Shown one piece after another: positions 9,745 through 17,276 of a stretch of 64,000 bases of DNA (positions within the stretch are counted from its first letter, which is position 1; each line of letters starts with the position of its first letter). This stretch comes from a virus (taxonomy: Duplodnaviria; Caudoviricetes). Made by a program: the position numbers and the translations under genes. The stretch spans positions 1-64,000 of the IMG/VR virus record IMGVR_UViG_3300026121_000008. The stretch is one strand, 5' to 3'. A model generated the notes under the pieces. It was not told the origin of the DNA. It saw only the letters and a list, made by a program, of their open reading frames with translations, and made no database searches.

Positions 9745-11396
9745 CCCGAGACATGCGGTCCCTCGTGGCGGAGATCCGGGTGTTGCTCAGGAAGCGGCAC
9801 GTCCCGCCCCACCACGCCATCCTCAAGTATGACCGCAACCAGCCCCGTGGAGCCGCAGGCACCCCGCAGGGCGGGCGTTGGGTCAAGGGGGTCAGTCAGG
9901 GGACGGAGGGGGAAACGAAACGTCTCCAATCGTCTTACCTTCAGCGTAATCAGGCGTCTTACGCGGACATCATGGACGCCCCGATGGGCGAGGGCTTTCA
10001 CAACCGCCCCCGAGGCGTGAACATCCCCGAGCCACCCCCAGATGACCCGGCAGAGAAGATCCGGAACGTCCTCTCCACTGGATCGATCTCCGATAGCGAA
10101 CCCATGGGGGATCAGGGGGCCAATGTCTCCAAGCTGGTCACCCTCGAAGATGGCACCCAAGCGGTCTTCAAGCCTGAAGTCGGGGAGACGTGGCGGACCA
10201 CGTTCTCCAACCGTGATATTCCCAAGTACATCACCAATCGAGAGTTCTCCCTCGCAGAGCGCGAAGCCACCGCCTATGAGGTCTCCGAAGCCTTGGGGGT
10301 GCATCTCGTCCCGGTCACCGTCCTGCGGGAGACCGTCGAAGGCGTCGAGGGGCTGGATGACGACGATGAAAGCGGGTTCGACTCGGATGAGTTGAAAGAC
10401 CAGTATAACGAGTACCGGGACAAACGCCAAGAAGAAGTCATCGATGAAGTCGGAGAAGAGATGTACAACCTCTTCGATGACCATTTGAATGATCTCGACA
10501 AGCGAGTCGATGAGGTGCAAGAGATTTGGGACAAGGTGGCAGAGGAGTACCCCAATCGGGGAGCCGCCCGTGAACATCCTGTGCTGCCGATGGGGTCTGT
10601 GTCCCCGTTTGAACGGAAGGTGCCAGACCCGGTTGATCCGTTGGAACTGTTGAAAGAAGCGGACGTCGATCCGGTCTCCTCGTTGTTACCACAGGAAAGA
10701 AAAGACGTCGAAGCCGCGATTCGGAAGCGATTTGAAGAAGGAGCCGAAGAACTGGGTGCGTTTGATCGGGATGAGGCGCGGGATCACGAGACATATGGGT
10801 ATGACAAGTGGCTCGAAGCGCACCAAGATACCGAAGTCAAGCTCTATGACAAGAAGATCAAGTCCTTCGACTCGTGGGCACAAAGTCAGGGCTACGACAT
10901 CCGAGGTCATGGTCGCGGCCCCAAGAACCCAGATGCCCCGCATCCCAAAGGCGGATCGTTCCAGCACTTCCAAGAGGGTGCTGACAGCTACGGGGACGTG
11001 GATGAGGAGACTGGCCCTCAACTCGCCGTGCTGGACTATGTGCTGGGGACCATGGATCGGCACCACAGCAACCTGATGTTCAAGAACGGACGCCCTATTG
11101 CCATCGACAACGGCTACAGTTTCCCCGGATCGCCGGGGGAGGATGACTTCAAGTTCCGGTCGAATGAAGTGGGGACATGGTTGCGGAGGAGCAGTGACAC
11201 CAACGTACCGGAGGCTCTTCGTGCCACCCTCCACAAGACCATCATGGAGGCGGATTGGCAGGGACTGGTGGACCGCCACCCCAGCATGAGCGATAAGGAA
11301 CGGAAAGCGTTACTGGGCCGGGTGGACAACATGAAACGGGCCTTGCGAACTCGTGAAGGACTGGGCCAGTTGTGGCGGAGTCTCGACCGGATATGA
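9741..11396 (+). CDS. Head-cargo HipA/PI3-PI4-kinase-like protein with an acidic insertion
   Basis: ATGA overlap start. Tag LKYDRNQPRGAAGTPQGGRW; AVFKP, EREATAY, GSFQHF, DYVLGTMDRHHSN, AIDNG kinase motifs. Confidence 0.8.
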   Translation: MTRDMRSLVAEIRVLLRKRHVPPHHAILKYDRNQPRGAAGTPQGGRWVKGVSQGTEGETKRLQSSYLQRNQASYADIMDAPMGEGFHNRPRGVNIPEPPPDDPAEKIRNVLSTGSISDSEPMGDQGANVSKLVTLEDGTQAVFKPEVGETWRTTFSNRDIPKYITNREFSLAEREATAYEVSEALGVHLVPVTVLRETVEGVEGLDDDDESGFDSDELKDQYNEYRDKRQEEVIDEVGEEMYNLFDDHLNDLDKRVDEVQEIWDKVAEEYPNRGAAREHPVLPMGSVSPFERKVPDPVDPLELLKEADVDPVSSLLPQERKDVEAAIRKRFEEGAEELGAFDRDEARDHETYGYDKWLEAHQDTEVKLYDKKIKSFDSWAQSQGYDIRGHGRGPKNPDAPHPKGGSFQHFQEGADSYGDVDEETGPQLAVLDYVLGTMDRHHSNLMFKNGRPIAIDNGYSFPGSPGEDDFKFRSNEVGTWLRRSSDTNVPEALRATLHKTIMEADWQGLVDRHPSMSDKERKALLGRVDNMKRALRTREGLGQLWRSLDRI

Positions 11397-11397
11397 G

Positions 11398-11426
11398 TTG
11401 ACAAATCACACAGTGTGTACCATACT
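11398..11426 (+). promoter_or_regulatory. Sigma70-like promoter (TTGACA-17-CATACT)
   Basis: Consensus -35, 17-bp spacer containing the palindrome CACACAGTGTG, and an ATG 5 nt after the -10 (possibly a leaderless mRNA). Confidence 0.7.
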
Positions 11427-11431
11427 GTAGG

Positions 11432-11656
11432 ATGAGGTGTCAGGTGTATGTAGAATTCTGGACGAATACCAAGGGGAAGATGCGGGTGATCGCGGTCATT
11501 CGGGCAGACGGGCAGATCGAGGAGAAAGAACCCCTCCCGCCCCGGATCAGAGAGGACATTGAAGATCAGCGACGACGGGTGCCGGGAAAGAGATTTCTGG
11601 AGTCCCTCCCGGCGGAGTTCTCTGGTTCCTACTACTGGGCCATCCTGAAGGACTAA
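11432..11656 (+). CDS. Small hypothetical protein, candidate kinase immunity/antitoxin
   Basis: 74-aa ORF filling the gap after the kinase gene; has its own promoter and no cargo tag. Confidence 0.6.
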   Translation: MRCQVYVEFWTNTKGKMRVIAVIRADGQIEEKEPLPPRIREDIEDQRRRVPGKRFLESLPAEFSGSYYWAILKD

Positions 11657-11658
11657 CC

Positions 11659-12579
11659 GTGCTGACGATCCTCCCTAAGCCGGTGCAACCAGTTGCACCC
11701 TACCTGTCCGTCCTGAAGTTCAACCCGGACCAGCCCCGCCAACCCGCCGGGTCGGAGCATGGGGGAGAGTTTGCGAAAGAAACGAGCAATCCGACCCATG
11801 CACGACGGGACGAGGTGGAGCAGCTAGGAAAGGACATCTTCGAGGAGGCGCATCGTATCGCTCCCGGTCATGACCGCTCCACGACAGGGGGGTACTCGAT
11901 GTACCATCGGGCGGACGTGAAAGCCCACATCCAAGACGATTTGACGGCCCGCTTGAAGGGACATCCCGCTTTCGCGGATATGGATGAGGAGACGCTCTTG
12001 ACGTGGGTGCAGGGGAAGATCGACTTGTGGGCGGAGACCTCTGGAGACAGTGACCTCGATGCGGCGGTCATGCAGTTGGCGGTCCAACAGGAATTTGGGT
12101 TGACCGGTGCCGCCACAGACCATCTCCAAAAGAACTTGGGATTTCCCCTGACCCTGTCTGGAAAAGAGGCGGACCAGCTTCGCGCCTTCGTGCGGGCGGA
12201 GTACGAGGCCACACAGGCGTGGTTCAAGAAGCGAGGCATCACCCATGTGACGGCTCTCCGAGGCATGGATGATGATCCACGGGATAAGCGATTGGGGTTT
12301 GGGTATGAGACCATCACGATGCAACCCGCGTCGTCATGGGCGGTTGATGTCCAAACGGCGTTCGCGTTCACCACGAATAAATCGAACCCCAAGATTCTCA
12401 CGACCCGTGTCCCGGTAGAACAGGTCTTGAGTACGTGTCTGACCGGGCGGGGCTGTTTGGCAGAAAAAGAAATCCTGTTACTGGGGAAACCGCAACGCGC
12501 CCATATTTTTGGGGTGAGCGGGGACGATTTCTCTCCCGACAGTTCGGATACCAAACGAATCCTGCATTCACTCGAATGA
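11659..12579 (+). CDS. Head-cargo R-S-E ADP-ribosyltransferase
   Basis: Tag LKFNPDQPRQPAGSEHGGEF; TALRG..ASSW..AEKE. QLRAFVRAEYEATQ matches TLQAYVRAQWEVTQ of polyprotein 3. Confidence 0.75.
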   Translation: MLTILPKPVQPVAPYLSVLKFNPDQPRQPAGSEHGGEFAKETSNPTHARRDEVEQLGKDIFEEAHRIAPGHDRSTTGGYSMYHRADVKAHIQDDLTARLKGHPAFADMDEETLLTWVQGKIDLWAETSGDSDLDAAVMQLAVQQEFGLTGAATDHLQKNLGFPLTLSGKEADQLRAFVRAEYEATQAWFKKRGITHVTALRGMDDDPRDKRLGFGYETITMQPASSWAVDVQTAFAFTTNKSNPKILTTRVPVEQVLSTCLTGRGCLAEKEILLLGKPQRAHIFGVSGDDFSPDSSDTKRILHSLE

Positions 12580-15500
12580 ACATTGACGCCACGCTCACCA
12601 ACGCCGACTGGCCCAAGCGCACCCCCGATAAGTTCTCGGATCTGGGCGTCATCGTCCAGAAGTTCCAAGAGACCCAGCACCCCCGTGATACGCGAGGCCG
12701 CTTCACCGAGTCGGCCTCCATCACGGTGACAGGACGCCAGATCGAGGTGGTCAAGCCCGAACGGGCCATTCGTGCCGGGGATAAGCTCGTCCCCCTGAAT
12801 GTCCTCGCCTTCGATCAGGAGTTCCAGAAAGAGCCGGGATTCTATCTGGGAGTGGGGGGACAGGGCGGCATCGGCACCCGCTATACCCGCTTCGGAGAGT
12901 TTCTCTCCCAGCATGACAGCATCGAAGCCGCCGAGGTGTCGGTCCACTCGGATGGCCGGATTGGCTTCACCAACGGACGGCACCGGTATGCGTGGCTCCG
13001 GGATCAGGGGTTGACGTCCATCCCGGTGGCCATGACACCTGAGTCCGTCCGGAATGCCAAGAAATTTGGCTATCTTGCCGCCGTCAAGCTGGCATGGGAT
13101 GAGAGTGATCACCCCCGTGACAAAGAGGGGCAGTTCACGACCTTCTACCATGGCACGCTGCAGGAGCAATTGGACTCCATCAAAGAGCAGGGCTTGCAAA
13201 CTAACCGGTCAGGGCTGGCATGGCCGGGTCTGAGTCAACCGGGGACGATCTATCTGGGACGCACGAAAGAAGCGGCTATGGGGTGGGCGGAGTCCACGAC
13301 GCTCCGGCTGGAGTGGAAGTTTGAGAATCCCACAGCCGTGGTGCTGGAAGTGCGAGTGCCCGATGACGTGTTGGCCAAGTCCCAGCGAACCGCCGAGCCT
13401 GAAGGCAACCTGCGGGTCTTCCAAGATATTCCACCCGAGTGGATTGTGGGGGTGACTGTTGGGCGAAGCCATGATCAAATTCTTGGGGTGACGAGAGCCC
13501 GGATGCGACGGGAAGAAGCCAAGCATATTGTGCCTCCTGTCATTACCAAATCTGAGACGTTCTATGTAGGGCTGGTGATTGAAGGAGGGCGAGTTCAGAA
13601 ATGGGACGAATCCCAGCATCCGCGTGATGAAAAAGGCCAGTTCAGTGACGCCGGTAGGAGTGTCGGGGACTACGTTCACTCCTCAGAGCCGCTGACCACA
13701 GAAGAGGAAGATCGGTTCACGGAGTTCGAGGAGGCATGGGCCGGAGGCGTGGCGGACTTCGGGGATGCGATGGCCGCGACCTACGTCCAGCAACTCCCGA
13801 AATACAACGCCTACCGCACGAAGCTCGTGGCAGAGTTGGAGCAGAATTACGGCCCCAAGATCACCGTCTACCGGGCCGTCAGTCAGGAGGCCCTCGAAGA
13901 GATGGAAGCCGGAACATGGCAAGGCCCCATTGCCACGACCACCAATCCTGAACTGGCCAAGAAGTGGGTGAACTTCGCCCGGAACAAGAACACGACCCTC
14001 CATATCCTCAAGACCACCATCAGCCCCAAGCTAGCGGTGATCCGGGGCAAGGCCGAGGAGAGTGAGATCGTCATCGATGGGGATTGGGTCAGCTTCCATG
14101 AGTGGGAGCACGTCGGCACGGCGAAGAAACGTCAGTGGGAGGAATCCAAACATCCTCGTCAAGGCGGGGGTTCTTCCCATGGCGGCGAGTTCGTGGAGGC
14201 TCTCCACAGCCCCGGTGATGCCCTCTTCTCCCTCCTGAACAACGAGAACGCCACCATTGATCGAGGGGATGTCCGGACCCTCTTGGAGAAGGCGGCAGAG
14301 CTAGAGGACACAGAAGACCCGAACCTCCTGCACTTGCATGTGGATGGCATGGACGTCTTCGACAAGACGGGACTGGGGATCAAGCGGGAACACATGCCCC
14401 AGATCCCGAGAGCCCATCGCGCCCAGTTCATGAAGGAGATGAAAGACATTGGGGTGGAGATTGTCAAGGAGTGGGTAGACCCGCTCACCCTCAAACCTAC
14501 CCAAGATGAGATCTCCGCCCGCAATGCGGGGCAGAAGATGCGGGAGTACGAGAAGAAGAAGGACAAAGCCTTCCCACCCCTCCTCGTCTCGAAGGAAGGC
14601 CGTCTCCTCGATGGCCACCACCACTGGGCCATGATGGCAGGACTGGCGGTGGATGCGCCCGGTGTGAAAGTCCCGATCTACCGGCTCCGGATCAGCACGA
14701 AGCGGGCACTGGCCCTGATGCACGCCTACGACAAGAAATACAAGATAGAGCGGAAGGCACTGGGCCAGAAGTGGGATGAGTCCAGACATTCCCGCGATCA
14801 AGAGGGACAATTCACTGAGTCTGGTGCCCCACCCAAGCCAAGCAAGAGGGGGTATCATGACATTACGCCAGAGAGGCATAAGCGGTATCACGTCTACGAT
14901 GAGAACGATAACCTTGTCGATAAGACGTATGATTCTGATGAAGCCCAACGCTGGGCCGATCAGCGTAATGGCTATGTGGAGGATATAGGAGAGGAAAAAC
15001 CGAAGAAAAAAACTGCAAAGAAAGCCGATCCAGCCACTGGTCGTTACGTCACCCCCTTCGTGTCCTTCGAGAAGCAGGGAGATGAATCTCTCCGCATGAT
15101 CGCTAGCCTGAACTCCAGCCGCTTGGCCACATGGGGGTTCACGGCAGAAGCCGAAGTACTCGGCATGGCCCGGTACCGCTTGACGGCAGTCCTCGATGGA
15201 CGCACCAGCAATTTCTGTCGGATGGTGGATGGCAAAGTCTTCGAGGTCCAAGATGCCCGCCGGAAGGTGATCGAAGTCTTGAATGTCCAGAATCCGGAAG
15301 ACTTGAGAACAGTACAGCCGTGGCCCAAGCAGGACCGGGCGTCTATGGCGGAGTTTAGGCAGATGGACCCAGAGGAGTTGACGCAACTGGGCCTGCATAT
15401 CCCCCCTTACCATCCCCACTGTCGGACGCTGCTCCGGCATGTGCCGTCGAGTGTGGGAGAGCCCACCGAGCCTGTTCCGACGATTCCAGTAGAGGCCGAG

Positions 15501-16235
15501 GTGTTCCAGCCCGTGACGGCGGACGACCTGAGAGAACTCGGCGTCGAGGCGACTCCAGAGGATGTTGCCCTGTGGAACGCCCACATCGGGATGACCCCGG
15601 CGGAACTCCTCTCGAAGCTCTCCGGGATGCCACCCCAAGAGGTGATGACCAAGGGCAAAGGGGTCGGAGCCAATCCCATCAGGTTCGATGAGGCGGGCAA
15701 CATCGGGTTCAACGTCCGGGGAGCCACACCACAAGGGCTGGAGTTCAAGCTCAATGCTCTCCTCGATCCGTTCACCAGCACCTACTATCTGACTCAAGCG
15801 GACCTGATTGCAGGCAACCCCAAGGCGGAACTGGCCTTCCTGAAGAACCTGTTTGGCTCCCTGATTGAGATGGGGCTGAAGTCGTCTGCGACGTCCGTGG
15901 CCGTAGGTGTGGCCGGGAGCACGATCCCCTACGCCAAGATGGGGTTCCTCCCGGACGAGTTGGAGTGGGACAGCCTCCGCACGTATGCCTTGAATGAGAT
16001 CGACACGGGTGCCCTCAAACCCATCCTCGACTCGCTGGCTCCTGCGGACCAGCAGTTGGTGATTCACCTCCTCCAAGACCGATCTGTGGGCGCAATGTCG
16101 GCACTGGTGGAGTTGCCGTTCACGTATGAAGGGAAGACCATTGGGGAGTGGTTGTTCGGAGAGGCGACTGGAACGTGGGCCTTGGACTTGACGGATGATT
16201 TGATGGTGGCACAGGCCAAGGAGTATCTGACATGA
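12576..16235 (+). CDS. MuF (SPP1 gp7-like) head-morphogenesis polyprotein: ParB-N / ART / ART / ParB-N / small domain / MuF / GNAT-like C-terminus
   Basis: ATGA overlap start at 12576; five tags. TNGRHR and LDGHHH (ParB-N); FYHGT..DIPPEWI and VYRA..ATTT..EESE (ARTs); AVLDGRTSNFCR..PPYHPHCR (MuF); YAKMGF (GNAT-like, tentative). Confidence 0.85.
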   Translation: MNIDATLTNADWPKRTPDKFSDLGVIVQKFQETQHPRDTRGRFTESASITVTGRQIEVVKPERAIRAGDKLVPLNVLAFDQEFQKEPGFYLGVGGQGGIGTRYTRFGEFLSQHDSIEAAEVSVHSDGRIGFTNGRHRYAWLRDQGLTSIPVAMTPESVRNAKKFGYLAAVKLAWDESDHPRDKEGQFTTFYHGTLQEQLDSIKEQGLQTNRSGLAWPGLSQPGTIYLGRTKEAAMGWAESTTLRLEWKFENPTAVVLEVRVPDDVLAKSQRTAEPEGNLRVFQDIPPEWIVGVTVGRSHDQILGVTRARMRREEAKHIVPPVITKSETFYVGLVIEGGRVQKWDESQHPRDEKGQFSDAGRSVGDYVHSSEPLTTEEEDRFTEFEEAWAGGVADFGDAMAATYVQQLPKYNAYRTKLVAELEQNYGPKITVYRAVSQEALEEMEAGTWQGPIATTTNPELAKKWVNFARNKNTTLHILKTTISPKLAVIRGKAEESEIVIDGDWVSFHEWEHVGTAKKRQWEESKHPRQGGGSSHGGEFVEALHSPGDALFSLLNNENATIDRGDVRTLLEKAAELEDTEDPNLLHLHVDGMDVFDKTGLGIKREHMPQIPRAHRAQFMKEMKDIGVEIVKEWVDPLTLKPTQDEISARNAGQKMREYEKKKDKAFPPLLVSKEGRLLDGHHHWAMMAGLAVDAPGVKVPIYRLRISTKRALALMHAYDKKYKIERKALGQKWDESRHSRDQEGQFTESGAPPKPSKRGYHDITPERHKRYHVYDENDNLVDKTYDSDEAQRWADQRNGYVEDIGEEKPKKKTAKKADPATGRYVTPFVSFEKQGDESLRMIASLNSSRLATWGFTAEAEVLGMARYRLTAVLDGRTSNFCRMVDGKVFEVQDARRKVIEVLNVQNPEDLRTVQPWPKQDRASMAEFRQMDPEELTQLGLHIPPYHPHCRTLLRHVPSSVGEPTEPVPTIPVEAEVFQPVTADDLRELGVEATPEDVALWNAHIGMTPAELLSKLSGMPPQEVMTKGKGVGANPIRFDEAGNIGFNVRGATPQGLEFKLNALLDPFTSTYYLTQADLIAGNPKAELAFLKNLFGSLIEMGLKSSATSVAVGVAGSTIPYAKMGFLPDELEWDSLRTYALNEIDTGALKPILDSLAPADQQLVIHLLQDRSVGAMSALVELPFTYEGKTIGEWLFGEATGTWALDLTDDLMVAQAKEYLT

Positions 16236-16411
16236 AGATCGTGACCAAACCGATCCGTCTGATTGATCGGCCCAACCTCCCCCTGAATGCGTTTGAAACG
16301 CTCGTGGCCGCACATAAACCGCAGGCCAAGACACGGGCCTATCAGCAACTGGTCACCTCGCAGGGCGTCCATCCTGACCGGGCTATGGCGTTACTGGGCC
16401 TGAGAAAATAG
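16232..16411 (+). CDS. 59-aa hypothetical protein (not in ORF track)
   Basis: ATGA overlap with the MuF gene stop; MKIVTKPIRL...LLGLRK. Confidence 0.55.
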   Translation: MKIVTKPIRLIDRPNLPLNAFETLVAAHKPQAKTRAYQQLVTSQGVHPDRAMALLGLRK

Positions 16412-16440
16412 TTGTTGCGTTTCGGACACTCCTGTAAAAT
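16412..16440 (+). promoter_or_regulatory. Possible sigma70-like promoter (TTGTTG-17-TAAAAT)
   Basis: AT-richer intergenic stretch upstream of 16479. Confidence 0.35.
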
Positions 16441-16478
16441 AGGCCGCACGTCTGCACTCGGTTGCACTGGAGAGTCTG

Positions 16479-16976
16479 ATGCCCCTGCATATGTCCTCGG
16501 TGGTGTCTCGTCGCAAGCTCGACCATCCGCATGAGAAAACGCCGGTCAAGATCATGCCTCCTGACTTCGTCCGTGTCCTGAAGTACAACCCGAACCATGG
16601 CCCGGATGGACGATTTTCGTCAGGACGTGGGGGCGGGGGTGGGGGCACAAGCTCTTATAGTGGGGCGAAGTTTTCTGTGCCTGCGGGGTGGCCGCAACCG
16701 GGACGAGGGAGGAGTGTCGAAGCTCGCGCTTTCGGAGCCGTGCCGATGCCCGTTCATGAGAACCCCTACGCGAAGTCAGGACCGGGAGCCGTGCGGATGC
16801 CCACGTACGAAGGTGTCGCCAAGCCCGGAGCTAAAGGGCCGGTGCCGATGCCCGATCATTCGACGGGGGTCTACAAACCTGCCGTGAATCCCGCGAAACT
16901 CAGCCTGCGACAGGATTACCGAGAGTATAGAGAGCCCCGGAGCTTTGCGACTCGTGGCACCTCCTTCGCGGGGTAA
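16479..16976 (+). CDS. Tagged low-complexity head-cargo protein
   Basis: Tag VLKYNPNHGPDGRF, a Gly run, then three G[AP]V[PR]MP repeats. Confidence 0.6.
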   Translation: MPLHMSSVVSRRKLDHPHEKTPVKIMPPDFVRVLKYNPNHGPDGRFSSGRGGGGGGTSSYSGAKFSVPAGWPQPGRGRSVEARAFGAVPMPVHENPYAKSGPGAVRMPTYEGVAKPGAKGPVPMPDHSTGVYKPAVNPAKLSLRQDYREYREPRSFATRGTSFAG

Positions 16977-16982
16977 CTGCTG

Positions 16983-17273
16983 ATGCCGCTGACTTCTGGT
17001 CTGACCACCCGCCGATTGATTGCGAAAGGCGAAGGCCACATCCATTCGGACAAGTGGCATCGGTGCATCGAGCACGTCAAAGCCAAGGGCAGTGGCGTTG
17101 ATCCCTATGCGGTCTGTACCTTCAGTATCGGCTATAACGAATCGGTGAACCCTGAACACCAGACGCCCGGTCCTCACTCGTCCCGAGATACCCGGCGGTT
17201 CAAGCGGCGCAAGGAACGCCAAGAGGCAGAGAAGCACGATCTCTCCTACGCCGACATTTTGAAGTTTACGTAA
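16983..17273 (+). CDS. Small hypothetical protein with a two-Cys motif
   Basis: KWHRCIEHVK..PYAVC; shares the MPLTxGxTTR leader with the next gene. Confidence 0.6.
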   Translation: MPLTSGLTTRRLIAKGEGHIHSDKWHRCIEHVKAKGSGVDPYAVCTFSIGYNESVNPEHQTPGPHSSRDTRRFKRRKERQEAEKHDLSYADILKFT

Positions 17274-17276
17274 CCC

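Noticed and set aside
3194-12575. Upstream ORF-track starts at 3194, 9702 and 12435
   Set aside because: They overlap the preceding genes; ATGA-coupled starts at 3401, 9741 and 12576 fit better.
12-16235. Inteins as the explanation for the multi-domain proteins
   Set aside because: No C/S...HN-C/S/T splice junction motifs at module borders.
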